A DNA stretch of 64,000 nucleotides from Cloacimonetes bacterium SCGC AAA252-N17 (lineage in GTDB: Bacteria; Cloacimonadota; Cloacimonadia; JGIOTU-2): contig ASNI01000004.1 of NCBI GenBank assembly GCA_000404785.1, positions 4,047 to 68,046 of the forward strand, given 5' to 3'. The notes below the pieces were generated by a model. It was not told the DNA's origin. It worked only from the letters and a program-made list of their open reading frames with translations, and did not search any database. The translations under genes and the position numbers were made by a program. Shown piece by piece: positions 21,564 to 31,712 of the stretch. Numbering within the stretch: position 1 is the stretch's first letter; every line of letters begins with the position of its first letter.

Positions 21564-22216
21564 TTTATTTTTGATTCCGGATCGACATTTTTATTATGAT
21601 ATAAAATTTCAAAGTGCAGATGCGGAGCTGAGCTGATACCCGTGTTTCCCACTTCGGCTATCTGCTCACCTTTGCGCACAAACGTTCCTAACTCAACGTT
21701 TATAAAAGAGTTGTGCCCATATTTTGTTTTATAACCATTCAGGTGATCCAATACAATGATCTTCCCGTAGATATCATCATCAAGATCAATTGATTCAACC
21801 ACTCCGGATGCCGCAGCATAAACTGGCTCACCAACTTTACCCGCAAGGTCAATACCGTAGTGATTTCTCTTTGGCAAATATGGTTTTGTTAGTATCAATT
21901 CAGCAAGAGGGCAGAAATTTGGAATATATTGCTGGTAATTGATAAAATTTTCTGTCGCATCCTCAAGCTCTTTCTCGTGCAAATCAATATTTCCCAAATC
22001 TCTTGAAGGAATTACCGGACTTTTTGTTACTGTGGGCATTGAAGCGATAACATCTTCGAGCTGCTTGACTTTGAGGTCCAAGCCCTGCTTCTCCTGTCTC
22101 AAAATATCGTTCTTTGAAGTCAGATCGTTGATAAGATATAATGATACGACAATATATGACCCGACCACAATAATAATTATTATTGATAGATATACGACTA
22201 ATCTTTTATGTTTCAT
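21560..22216 (-). CDS. M23 family metallopeptidase with an N-terminal TM helix and a coiled coil
   Basis: HxxxD-type motif GIDLAGKVGEPVYAAASGVV…HLHFEI. It overlaps the bactofilin gene start by 4 bp. Confidence 0.8.
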   Translation of the reverse strand: MKHKRLVVYLSIIIIIVVGSYIVVSLYLINDLTSKNDILRQEKQGLDLKVKQLEDVIASMPTVTKSPVIPSRDLGNIDLHEKELEDATENFINYQQYIPNFCPLAELILTKPYLPKRNHYGIDLAGKVGEPVYAAASGVVESIDLDDDIYGKIIVLDHLNGYKTKYGHNSFINVELGTFVRKGEQIAEVGNTGISSAPHLHFEILYHNKNVDPESKIK

Positions 22217-23042
22217 TTTTATAAAGTATCATATTGAGGATCTTTTCAAATTCATCCTCAGAATGGTAATATATTTCAAATTTACCCTTTTTATAGCCCT
22301 TTATTTTCACCCTTGTTCCAAACCTCTTTTCAAGATCATGTTCAAGAGCTACTAAATGAATATCCCTTCTTGCCGGTTTTTTCTCCTTCTTCAGATTCTC
22401 AAACCGCTTTGATAATTCTTCTGCATTGTGTACGGAAATTTCGTGTTTCACAATGTATTTTGCAAAATCTATTTGAAGGGCTGGATCAACCTGTAGAATT
22501 GCGCGTGCATGTCCTGCAGATAGAATATCCTCTTTTATCATTTCGATAATGGAATTTGGTAATTTCAGAATTCTTAATGCATTGGTTATCGTTACACGAC
22601 TTTTGCCGACAATACCAGAAATCTTTTCATGTGTGTATTTGAACTCATCAACAAACCTCTGATATGCCATTGCTTCATCAACGGCATTGAGATTCTCTCT
22701 CTGTATATTTTCCACAAGTGCGAGTGAGAGCATTTCCTGATCTTTTGCTGTTCGGACTATTGCGGGCACTTTTGTGAATCCGGCTATCAGTGCAGCTGTA
22801 ATCCTTCGCTGACCGGCAATCAGTTCATATTTATCTTTTTCTGCTTTTCGAACAACAACCGGCTGAATTATACCGTTTTCAGAAATAGAATCTGCCAGTT
22901 CTTGCAGCTGTTTTTTATTGATGGATTTTCTCGGCTGAAAGGGATTGAAAGAGATATTTTCAATTGCGATCAGCTTTACGCCTGTCTTATCATCTTCATC
23001 AATTTGAACAAGCGCTTCCAAACCTTTTCCAAGTCTACTCAT
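22206..23042 (-). CDS. parB: Chromosome partitioning protein ParB
   Basis: ParB box GQRRITAA and an HTH (SQEMLSLALVENIQRENL). Located downstream of parA. Confidence 0.9.
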   Translation of the reverse strand: MSRLGKGLEALVQIDEDDKTGVKLIAIENISFNPFQPRKSINKKQLQELADSISENGIIQPVVVRKAEKDKYELIAGQRRITAALIAGFTKVPAIVRTAKDQEMLSLALVENIQRENLNAVDEAMAYQRFVDEFKYTHEKISGIVGKSRVTITNALRILKLPNSIIEMIKEDILSAGHARAILQVDPALQIDFAKYIVKHEISVHNAEELSKRFENLKKEKKPARRDIHLVALEHDLEKRFGTRVKIKGYKKGKFEIYYHSEDEFEKILNMILYKNET

Positions 23043-23815
23043 GCAATTTCCTTTCCATCTTTTTTTAATACTTCCAGTGCAAGATGTAAATAATTCTGTG
23101 CTCCTCGCGAGCTTATATCATAGGTCAAGATCGGCTTGCCATAACTCGGCGCTTCACTCAATTTCACATTTCGGTCAATTATTGTATCAAAAACAATATT
23201 CTTAAAATACCTTCGAACTTCTTTTGCAACCTGCTCAGATAATATCGTTCTTCTATCATACATAGTAATAACAATTCCAAAAATGGAAAGATCGGGATTT
23301 AGTTTTCTCTTGATGAGCTGAATTGTTTTAAGTAGGTGCGCGATTCCCTCGAGTGCATAATATTCTGATTGTATCGGAATAAGCAGATCGTTGCTCGCGA
23401 CCATTGCGTTCACAGTCAAAATATTCAGAGAGGGTGGACAATCTATAATAATGTAATCAAATTTTCCATCAATATTTGAAAGCACTCTTTTCAACCGTTG
23501 CTCTTTCTTATCTGCTGTCAGAAGCTCCACTTCACAGCCAATGAGATCTATCGAAGATGGAATGATGCGCAGGTTGGCTATGCTTGTTTCATGTATTGAA
23601 TCATAAACATTTGAATCTCCAAGCAGAAGATCGTATATCTGTCCATCGACAGTATGTTTATCTATTCCAATTCCAGTTGTGCAGTTTGCTTGGGGATCCA
23701 AGTCAACAAGCAGCACTTTTTGTCCATATGATGCCAGTGAAGCAGCCAGATTAATGGCTGTTGTGGTCTTGCCGACCCCGCCTTTCTGGTTCGTGATCGC
23801 GAGTGCTTTAGTCAT
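23039..23815 (-). CDS. parA: Chromosome partitioning ATPase ParA/Soj
   Basis: Deviant Walker A motif KGGVGKTTTAINLA. Confidence 0.92.
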   Translation of the reverse strand: MTKALAITNQKGGVGKTTTAINLAASLASYGQKVLLVDLDPQANCTTGIGIDKHTVDGQIYDLLLGDSNVYDSIHETSIANLRIIPSSIDLIGCEVELLTADKKEQRLKRVLSNIDGKFDYIIIDCPPSLNILTVNAMVASNDLLIPIQSEYYALEGIAHLLKTIQLIKRKLNPDLSIFGIVITMYDRRTILSEQVAKEVRRYFKNIVFDTIIDRNVKLSEAPSYGKPILTYDISSRGAQNYLHLALEVLKKDGKEIA

Positions 23816-24446
23816 GTTTCTTTACTATGATAAAGGCTCTTTTGCCGAGCCCGGAATACTCTTTTCTGATTATTTCTATTTTATCACAATCAGCATAGTA
23901 GTTTATCTTGTCAACTTCATCATTATTAAGAGCAGATTTATACAATATGAGTTTCCCCGAAGGTTTCAGAAGCTCAAATGCCTTCATAAAATATTCGTCA
24001 TTCATTTTTACTGCACGCACAACAATGTAATCAAAACTGCCTTTAATATTATGATCCAATTCTTCGAATCGCGAGTGGATTATATTCGTTTCCGACAGGT
24101 TAAGCTCTTGTTTTATCAATCTAAGAAACAATACTTTTTTTCTGATTGATTCTACACAGTAAAGTTCCATCGTAGGATAAAATATTTTGAGAGGTATACC
24201 CGGGAACCCACCACCGCTTCCAAAATCCAGAACTCGAGAATTGCTAAAATCAAGAAAATCAGTAATAAGAATTGAATCAAGAAAATGTGTGAGCCAGATA
24301 TTTTCAAGAGATCTTTCTGAAACCAGATTTATTTTTTTGTTTCTTTCTCGTAGGATTTTTTCATACAAAACAAACAAGTTGTAAGCACCGTCTGGAATGC
24401 AGTGATTTTTCAGAAAATTATACAACTGTTTTGAATTATTTTGCAT
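23808..24446 (-). CDS. rsmG: 16S rRNA m7G527 methyltransferase RsmG (GidB)
   Basis: SAM-binding motif DFGSGGGFPGIPL. Located downstream of mnmG. Confidence 0.88.
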   Translation of the reverse strand: MQNNSKQLYNFLKNHCIPDGAYNLFVLYEKILRERNKKINLVSERSLENIWLTHFLDSILITDFLDFSNSRVLDFGSGGGFPGIPLKIFYPTMELYCVESIRKKVLFLRLIKQELNLSETNIIHSRFEELDHNIKGSFDYIVVRAVKMNDEYFMKAFELLKPSGKLILYKSALNNDEVDKINYYADCDKIEIIRKEYSGLGKRAFIIVKKHD

Positions 24447-26265
24447 CGAGGGTCTTTAATTTTATTAGAAGTGCAGACACATCGGCAAAAGTTACACCTG
24501 GAATTCGCGCTGCCTGTCCCACAGAAAGAGGTTTGACTTTTGTGAGCTTTTCTCTTGCTTCATAGGAAATAGTTTCAAATTCCATATAGTTGAAATCTGC
24601 TGGAATTGATTTATTCTCAAGATAATTAAATCGTTCAATTTCCTGCTTCTGGCGTTTGATGTAACCCTCATATTTTACTTCAAGAGATATTTTATCCTTG
24701 ATCAGATCAGTTACACCCTTTTCAATTTTGTATCCAAACCTAACCAGATCATCATAAGCAATTTTAGGTCTTCGGAGAATATCAATCATTTTGTATGCTT
24801 TGTCTGAATCCGTTTTTGCATTGGTCTTTTGTAATTTTTTTATTTCTCTAATTTTGATTGTTAATGCTTCAGTAAATTTCTTATATCTTGCTGTATCAAT
24901 CAGTCCCAATTTGTACCCCAAAGGCATAAGGCGTTCATCGGCGTTATCCTGTCGTAGGTGAAGGCGATATTCTGCACGTGCAGTGAACATTCGATAGGGC
25001 TCATCTACTCCTTTTGTGACGAGGTCATCTATCAGCACTCCAATATAGGAATTATCTCTATGCATAACTATCGGTTCTTTTTTCATCACATAATTCACAG
25101 CATTGATACCTGCGATTATACCCTGTGCTGCGGCTTCTTCGTAACCGGAAGTGCCGTTTATCTGACCTGCAAAAAAAAGCCCTTTTATCAACTTTGTTTC
25201 CAGACTATATTGAATATATTCAGTTGGAATACAGTCATACTCGATTGCATATCCATAACGCATTAGTTTAGCATTTTTAAGACCTTCAACAGAATGGATC
25301 ATATCCATTTGAACCTGCGGAGGAAAGCTTGTAGGCAGTCCGTTAGCATACATCTCGAAGGTATTAAGTCCTTCTGGCTCTATAAAAACTTGATGCCTGT
25401 CCTTCTCCGGAAATTTCTTTATCTTATCTTCAATCGAGGGACAATACCGCGCACCAATTCCAGTGATATTTCCGCTGTATAATGAAGATTCTGTCATATG
25501 ATCCGCTATTATCTTGTGCGTTCTTTTATTTGTATAGGTGAGAAAACAGCTTACATAATTCTTTGGCTCAATATCAGTATAATAAGAAAATTTTGGCGGT
25601 GGTTCATCGGGTTTTTGTTCTTCCAGTTTTGCATAATCAAGTGAGCGAGAATCAAGGCGTGCAGGAGTTCCGGTTTTGAATCTTACCAATGGGAAACCAT
25701 GCTCTTTCAAAGAATCTGAAAGTTTTAAAGAAGCAAATTCGCCTGCTCTTCCTGCAGAATATTTATTCTTGCCAATATGAATTGTTCCATTGAGAAAAGT
25801 ACCCGCAGCAATGATCACGGTTTTCCCAAAATATTTTTGTCCATACTGTGTCTTAACTCCTTTTATCTGCCTTTTTTCAACAATGAGTTCTTCAACGAGT
25901 GATTCTTTTATCTCCAGATTTTCCTGATGTTCCACGACAGAACGCATTTCCATCTGATATTTCATTCTATCTGCTTGCGCACGGGGTGCCCACACAGCGG
26001 GACCTTTGCTCTTATTAAGCATCCGAAAATGTATCCCAGTTCTATCTATGACCTGTCCAATTGCACCACCAAGTGCATCAACTTCACGCGTAAGATGTCC
26101 TTTTGCCAAACCTCCCACCGCTGGATTGCATGACATACGTCCTATCGTTTCGAGTTTTATCACGAACATTAGTGTATCGGCACCCATTTGGGCAGCTGCC
26201 AGTGCAGCTTCACAGCCGGCATGGCCAGCGCCAACAACGATCACATCATAGATTTTGGAATGCAT
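24436..26265 (-). CDS. mnmG: tRNA uridine-5-carboxymethylaminomethyl synthesis enzyme MnmG (GidA)
   Basis: FAD-binding motif VIVVGAGHAGCEAA, and the 609-aa length fits MnmG. Confidence 0.92.
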   Translation of the reverse strand: MHSKIYDVIVVGAGHAGCEAALAAAQMGADTLMFVIKLETIGRMSCNPAVGGLAKGHLTREVDALGGAIGQVIDRTGIHFRMLNKSKGPAVWAPRAQADRMKYQMEMRSVVEHQENLEIKESLVEELIVEKRQIKGVKTQYGQKYFGKTVIIAAGTFLNGTIHIGKNKYSAGRAGEFASLKLSDSLKEHGFPLVRFKTGTPARLDSRSLDYAKLEEQKPDEPPPKFSYYTDIEPKNYVSCFLTYTNKRTHKIIADHMTESSLYSGNITGIGARYCPSIEDKIKKFPEKDRHQVFIEPEGLNTFEMYANGLPTSFPPQVQMDMIHSVEGLKNAKLMRYGYAIEYDCIPTEYIQYSLETKLIKGLFFAGQINGTSGYEEAAAQGIIAGINAVNYVMKKEPIVMHRDNSYIGVLIDDLVTKGVDEPYRMFTARAEYRLHLRQDNADERLMPLGYKLGLIDTARYKKFTEALTIKIREIKKLQKTNAKTDSDKAYKMIDILRRPKIAYDDLVRFGYKIEKGVTDLIKDKISLEVKYEGYIKRQKQEIERFNYLENKSIPADFNYMEFETISYEAREKLTKVKPLSVGQAARIPGVTFADVSALLIKLKTLDAK

Positions 26266-26432
26266 TGCTTATAAACTTCCTAATTTACTGTGTAACAGAG
26301 TTTGTCAGTTTCGTGATTTTCGTCAACTATTATGAGCAATGAATCTTTCTTTTGTTCTCATCATAATTTATGAGTAAAAGCAAAAAACTTGACGTAACAT
26401 AGATATAAAATCCTAAGTTCGTTTATTAAAAT

Positions 26433-27689
26433 TTGGTGAAAAATATGCTCAAAAAAATAGACACAGCCCAATTGGATGCGCTTCTCAAGATTATACGGAC
26501 AATTAATTCCCATCTTAATCTTGATAAAGTGTTGGAATCCGTAATGGATGTCACTACTCAAGCAATACAAGTGGAAGCATCCTCCCTTGTTCTTATCGAT
26601 GAAGAAACGAATGAGCTCCTTTTCCATGTGACAGAAGGTGAAAAAGCAAAGATCATCAAAACGATACGGATGAAAGCGGGTGAAGGTATTGTCGGATGGG
26701 TCATAAAAGAAGAAAAAGCCGTGCTTGTTAATGATGTATCAAAAGACAAACGTTTTTACAAAGCTGCTGATAAAAAAAGTGGATTCATTACAAAATCAAT
26801 CCTCTGCGTACCTATGTGCACCGCTGATAAATGCCTTGGTGCAATTGAAGTTATAAATAAAATGAATAACGAAGATTTTGATGATGCAGATAGAATTTTT
26901 CTTGAAGCGATCTCTTCTCAGGCAGCTATTGCCATAGAAAATGCAAAACTCCACGAGCGTATCGTGAAAAATGAACGGCTTGCAGCTATCGGGCAAACAG
27001 TCTCCGGGCTTGCACATTGCATAAAAAACATACTTAATGGAATCCAGGGCGGGTCTTATATTCTGGATCTCGGAATAAAGAAGGAAAAATTCTCAAATAT
27101 TGATAAGGGCTGGGGTATCATAAAAAAGAATAACGAATTCATGAAGGAACTCGTGCTTGACATGCTATCATATTCCAAGGAGCGAGAACCTGAATACTGT
27201 ACTGTTGATGTGAACGAACTTGTTAAAAGTGTCTGCGAGCTAATGGAGCAAAAGGGAAAAGAGAAGAATGTTTCAATGCAATTTCTGCCGGAAGAATCTC
27301 TCAATGAAGTTGAGATCGACACCAAAGGAGTAAAGCGCTGTGTTTTGAATCTCATTTCCAATGCCATCGATGCTTGTGAAGAAGTAGACGGGGGCTCTGT
27401 CGATGTATCCGTACAAAATACAAAAGGCAAGATCTTCCGAATTCATGTTGCCGATTCAGGTATTGGTATGTCGTCGGAAACGCAGGCGAAACTATTCCAG
27501 GTTTTTTTCAGCACAAAGGGCTCAAAAGGTACAGGACTAGGACTTGCCGTGTCCTATAAGATCATTAAAGAGCATGGAGGAAATATTTCTGTTGACTCAA
27601 AAAAGGGGAAGGGCACAAAATTTACAATAACGTTACCAAAGAAACGAAAAAATAACTTATTGCTGGAGGTAAGCAATGGCAGAGAATAA
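26433..27689 (+). CDS. GAF-domain sensor histidine kinase
   Basis: N-terminal GAF domain, then a HisKA H-box (GLAHCIKNILNGI) and an HATPase_c domain (GIGM...GTGLGLAVS). Confidence 0.85.
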   Translation: MVKNMLKKIDTAQLDALLKIIRTINSHLNLDKVLESVMDVTTQAIQVEASSLVLIDEETNELLFHVTEGEKAKIIKTIRMKAGEGIVGWVIKEEKAVLVNDVSKDKRFYKAADKKSGFITKSILCVPMCTADKCLGAIEVINKMNNEDFDDADRIFLEAISSQAAIAIENAKLHERIVKNERLAAIGQTVSGLAHCIKNILNGIQGGSYILDLGIKKEKFSNIDKGWGIIKKNNEFMKELVLDMLSYSKEREPEYCTVDVNELVKSVCELMEQKGKEKNVSMQFLPEESLNEVEIDTKGVKRCVLNLISNAIDACEEVDGGSVDVSVQNTKGKIFRIHVADSGIGMSSETQAKLFQVFFSTKGSKGTGLGLAVSYKIIKEHGGNISVDSKKGKGTKFTITLPKKRKNNLLLEVSNGRE

Positions 27690-28074
27690 AAAGATACTTA
27701 TTATTGATGACGAGCCGGACGCAATTGCGTTTTCAGAAGCAATGCTTTCTGAGCTCGGAGAATTTGACATTGAGACTGCTATTAATGGTCTCGAAGGATT
27801 GCAGAAAGCCGAAATGATAAAACCCGATCTAATCATTTTGGATATCCAAATGCCTGTCATGAATGGTTTTCAAGTTTTTAAAGAACTTAAGAAGAAGGAA
27901 GCAACAGATACTATTCCTGTTATCATGCTTACAGGAATTGCATCAACAACAGGGCTTCGATACGATGCAAAAGATATGGGCATTACTCTCGGCTCAGAAC
28001 CTGATGCCTATATTGATAAACCCATTGAGCCCGAAGAGTTTCAAAAAACCGTCAGCTCTATTCTCGGACTGTAA
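27676..28074 (+). CDS. Stand-alone CheY-like response regulator receiver protein
   Basis: Has the ILIIDDEPD motif, …DLIILDIQMP, and the conserved Lys region. Confidence 0.85.
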   Translation: MAENKKILIIDDEPDAIAFSEAMLSELGEFDIETAINGLEGLQKAEMIKPDLIILDIQMPVMNGFQVFKELKKKEATDTIPVIMLTGIASTTGLRYDAKDMGITLGSEPDAYIDKPIEPEEFQKTVSSILGL

Positions 28075-28142
28075 TTAATTCATTGGCCTATTTATTAAGA
28101 TAAAAAATTTTTGTATAAGCATAAAAATTTTGTCATAATCTA

Positions 28143-30266
28143 ATGAAAAAGAAAAAACGAGGACTACAAAAGCAAATTCTAGTTCTCTATTTTTTATTCA
28201 CCTTCTCCCTTGTATTCATTCTGATCTTCAGTGTCTGGCAGCTTACCAAGCTCGGTATTTCAGAATTTGAATATGAGAGAATTTCCCGTTTGCTTACAAA
28301 TCTGAAAACACTTCAACGCGATTATACAAACAAACTAAATAATTTTACCTCTGAAATCGCAAATAACCCGGCTCTTGTTGCTTCTGTAGAAAGTCAAGAC
28401 TTTGAATCTATTCATTCAATACTTAATTCCTATGACGACCATTCTCTTGCAAGCTACATGGCTATCTTTGATGCTAAAGGCACTATACTTTATGGCGAAC
28501 AATGGGAACTTGTCGAATCTTTTCTGCCGGAAATGCTCTCCTTAGCAAAACAGAATACAACTCAAGGTTTTTCTGCAAGTTTTTCAAACAAGATATTCTA
28601 CTTCTCTTACACTCCTCTTTATTCTGAAAATGATCAAGAGAAAACATTTTTAGGGCTTTTTATCAATGTAAATCAGATATCCCCTTCTGAAATTGGAGCA
28701 GCTCAGGATCCCCACATATTTCTTTTGCCTTTTTCTGTGCCACTCAATCCAGAGCAGGAGATCCTTAAAAAAATTATTCCCGAACTCGACAAAAAACTTC
28801 CAGCTGTTTTAAAAACTAAAAATCGCGAATCTGTTTTACGCTTGAATGTGGAAACTGCTGTTGGGTTGCTTGTCAATTATAATATATTCCGCGAACCTGC
28901 CTCACTCACTGTTTATATTTATGATCGCGAATTCAATAAATTTTATCGTCAAAGTATAGTCTTCTTCTTCCTTATCCTGGTTGCATCAAGCTTGGTTATT
29001 GTCAGTTTTTTAAGCAACTGGTTCAGCAAAAAAATAATGCAGCCCATAAAACAGGTAAGTGAAAAAATGCAGAGGATCGAGAAAAATCCTCTTGCCATTG
29101 AACATATTGAAGATGAATATGGCGGTGAGTTGAGCGATATGATTTCTGCATTCAGCTCGATGAACAGGTCGATTGTCGAATATAATAAATCTTTGCTCGA
29201 GTATAAAGTCCTTACTGATAATATTGACATCGGAGTGCTGTGGATGGACTCAAAGATGAATATCCTTATTTGTAATCCAAGTGCTATGGGCATTTTTGAG
29301 CTTATTTCTCTCGATGAGATCATCGGCAAGAATCTGTCCGAATTCATTCATCTTGATGAAGATCTATTATCCAAAGCCCATGAAGACAGCGTGACAATTC
29401 CTCAGCTCGAAATTAGTCTTCCCGGCAAAAAGAAGTTTGTAAAATTTGTTATCCTGAATATCAAAGCTGTTGATGATACGGTCGGCTTGCGCATGGTTGC
29501 AACTATAACCGACATAACACAAAAAATTAATGAAAAAAGAGCCCGTGAAACTCTTGAAAAAGCCCGTGAAGCTCTCGAAATGGAAGTCATAAAGAGTAAC
29601 AAATTCTCCGAGATCGGAAGAAGGGTCGAAGGTGTGGTGCACAATATGAACTCTCCGCTTAATTCTATCCTCGGGTATGCACAGCTTGTGAAAAAAGAAT
29701 ATCCTAATAATGACGATGTAGATAAGATTATTGAGGCAGCTAAAAATATTTCACAATCCATAAAAACCTTGTTACGAAAAGTGCAACAAGATAATATATC
29801 TATGATGCGACCAATTGACATTAACCAGCTTATTGAGCAGGAACTCGAACTTTTAAAACACAATCTTTTCTTCAAGCATTATGTTGTGTTAGAAAAAAGT
29901 CTTTTTAAAGATCTTCCAACCGTGAAAGCAGTATATAGCGATATAAGCCAGAGTTTTACTAACCTTGTAAATAATGCCATAGAGGCAATGCGGGATAGTA
30001 AAGAGCGCAATATTTGGGTGCGCACATATCAAACTTCTGACTTTATCGCAATAGAAGTACGCGATAGTGGAGAAGGAATTGAAGAGAGATATCATTCCAC
30101 GATATTTGAACCTTATTTTACATCGAAAAAGGAAAAAGAACAAGGCGGTTTTGGTCTTGGTCTTGCGATCTGTAAAAATGTTGTAGATCGCTATGGCGGT
30201 TATATTACAGTGCGCTCAGAACCGGGTAAAGGAAGCACATTTACAGTATTTCTTCCCTATGAATAA
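28143..30266 (+). CDS. Membrane sensor histidine kinase (PilS-like by context), with two TM helices flanking an extracytoplasmic sensor domain plus PAS, HisKA and HATPase domains
   Basis: TM helix 1 near the N-terminus, and TM helix 2 at about residue 280 (IVFFFLILVASSLVIVSF). PAS domain (ILICNPSAMGIFEL). H-box VHNMNSPLNSILGY. C-terminal G1/G2 boxes (DSGEGIEE…GGFGLGLAICK). Confidence 0.85.
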   Translation: MKKKKRGLQKQILVLYFLFTFSLVFILIFSVWQLTKLGISEFEYERISRLLTNLKTLQRDYTNKLNNFTSEIANNPALVASVESQDFESIHSILNSYDDHSLASYMAIFDAKGTILYGEQWELVESFLPEMLSLAKQNTTQGFSASFSNKIFYFSYTPLYSENDQEKTFLGLFINVNQISPSEIGAAQDPHIFLLPFSVPLNPEQEILKKIIPELDKKLPAVLKTKNRESVLRLNVETAVGLLVNYNIFREPASLTVYIYDREFNKFYRQSIVFFFLILVASSLVIVSFLSNWFSKKIMQPIKQVSEKMQRIEKNPLAIEHIEDEYGGELSDMISAFSSMNRSIVEYNKSLLEYKVLTDNIDIGVLWMDSKMNILICNPSAMGIFELISLDEIIGKNLSEFIHLDEDLLSKAHEDSVTIPQLEISLPGKKKFVKFVILNIKAVDDTVGLRMVATITDITQKINEKRARETLEKAREALEMEVIKSNKFSEIGRRVEGVVHNMNSPLNSILGYAQLVKKEYPNNDDVDKIIEAAKNISQSIKTLLRKVQQDNISMMRPIDINQLIEQELELLKHNLFFKHYVVLEKSLFKDLPTVKAVYSDISQSFTNLVNNAIEAMRDSKERNIWVRTYQTSDFIAIEVRDSGEGIEERYHSTIFEPYFTSKKEKEQGGFGLGLAICKNVVDRYGGYITVRSEPGKGSTFTVFLPYE

Positions 30267-30281
30267 AAGTGAAATAAAACC

Positions 30282-31712
30282 ATGAAAAATGATATAACCC
30301 AGACAGAATTCTTCAAACAAAATGCTAAAATTCTCATTGTAGATGATGAACAGGACACATTGGATATTTTTCGCCGTCATCTTGAGGATGAATACGATAT
30401 TGATACAGCCCGTTCTGCCGAAGAAGCACTTGAAAAGTTAGAGAGTAATACCTATCATATTGCAATGACTGATATGGTGATGCCGGGCACAGACGGTATC
30501 GAGCTTCTCACACATATAAAGAAGCGCTGGCCCCATGTTGCAGTGGTTATGATAAGTGGAAAAGCTACAATAGGAATGGCTGTCGAAGCCATGAAAACCG
30601 GGGCTGAAGAATTTATAGAAAAACCGGTAGAAGATCTCGATCTGCTGAAGATCATCATAAAAAAAATACTCAAAACAAAATGGCAGCATGAAGAAATTAA
30701 GCGACTGAGAAGCATACTTGCACACGAATTTGATAGAACACAGATCACCGGAAACAGTCTTATCATTCAAAAGGTTATGGAAAAAGTAAAAAGAATTGCC
30801 CCACTCGACACTACTGTTCTTATAACCGGCGAAACAGGCGTTGGTAAAGATATATTTGCCGATCTTATATATCTTAATAGTAAAAGAAAAACGCAAAAAT
30901 TTGTTGCGGTCAACTGCGGTAGTCTTCCTGAGAATCTTCTTGAAAGTATGCTTTTTGGTCATAAAAAGGGCTCCTTCACCGACGCGATAAGGGATAAAGT
31001 CGGCTACTTTCAGGAAGCAGACGGGGGTACGCTTTTCCTTGATGAAATAACAGAAACCAACAAAACCTTTCAGGTAAAACTTCTGCGCGTTCTTGAGAAA
31101 GGTGTGGTCAGACCGGTCGGTGGTGATATTGATATTGAAGTTAATGTGCGCATTATCACCTCTACAAATAAGGACATTGAAAAGGAAGTAAAATATGGCA
31201 ATTTCCGTCAGGATCTTTACTACCGCCTTAATGTAATTCACCTTCATATCCCACCTCTTCGTGAAAGGAGGGAGGATATTCCACTCCTCACCAACGTATT
31301 TGTTCGCGAATTTAGAGAGAAATATGATAAGCCAAACCTTGAAATATCAGATACTGTTATGTCTGTCCTTATCTCTCAAGAATGGGAAGGAAATGTTCGG
31401 GAGCTGAAAAATGCAATCGAGCATGCAGTTGCAATGGCTGCTCATAATAAAATTATTCCAGAGGATCTACCTGACCATATCTATCAAACTAGAATTTCTT
31501 CAAAAAATATGTCTGCACAAAATTTTATGCACCTGCCATTTGCTGAAGCAAAAGAAGAGTTTGAAAAATCGTACATCGAGGGATTAATAAAAAACTGTAA
31601 CGGTGATGTTACTAAAGCTGCAAATATTTCGCAGATAAAAAGACAAAATATTTACGATAAATTTAAAAAATATCATATTGATATTAACAGGTATAGAAAA
31701 AATAATAGTTAG
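30282..31712 (+). CDS. Sigma54-dependent response regulator (NtrC/PilR family enhancer-binding protein)
   Basis: REC domain (ILIVDDEQD…DMVMPG), an AAA+ sigma54-interaction domain (GETGVGKD…ESMLFGHKKGSFTDA…) with a GAFTGA-like loop, and a C-terminal HTH. Confidence 0.9.
   Translation: MKNDITQTEFFKQNAKILIVDDEQDTLDIFRRHLEDEYDIDTARSAEEALEKLESNTYHIAMTDMVMPGTDGIELLTHIKKRWPHVAVVMISGKATIGMAVEAMKTGAEEFIEKPVEDLDLLKIIIKKILKTKWQHEEIKRLRSILAHEFDRTQITGNSLIIQKVMEKVKRIAPLDTTVLITGETGVGKDIFADLIYLNSKRKTQKFVAVNCGSLPENLLESMLFGHKKGSFTDAIRDKVGYFQEADGGTLFLDEITETNKTFQVKLLRVLEKGVVRPVGGDIDIEVNVRIITSTNKDIEKEVKYGNFRQDLYYRLNVIHLHIPPLRERREDIPLLTNVFVREFREKYDKPNLEISDTVMSVLISQEWEGNVRELKNAIEHAVAMAAHNKIIPEDLPDHIYQTRISSKNMSAQNFMHLPFAEAKEEFEKSYIEGLIKNCNGDVTKAANISQIKRQNIYDKFKKYHIDINRYRKNNS

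Noticed and set aside
26266-26432. Possible oriC between mnmG and the GAF kinase, given nearby parAB-rsmG-mnmG and rpmH-rnpA-yidC.
   Set aside because: No clustered DnaA boxes (TTATCCACA-like) or AT-rich 13-mers were recognisable, and dnaA is not in the window. The origin is probably elsewhere.
29367-31247. Minus-strand ORFs (29402..29875, 30438..31247 and others) inside the histidine kinase and sigma54 regulator genes.
   Set aside because: Antisense to strongly supported coding regions. No independent support.
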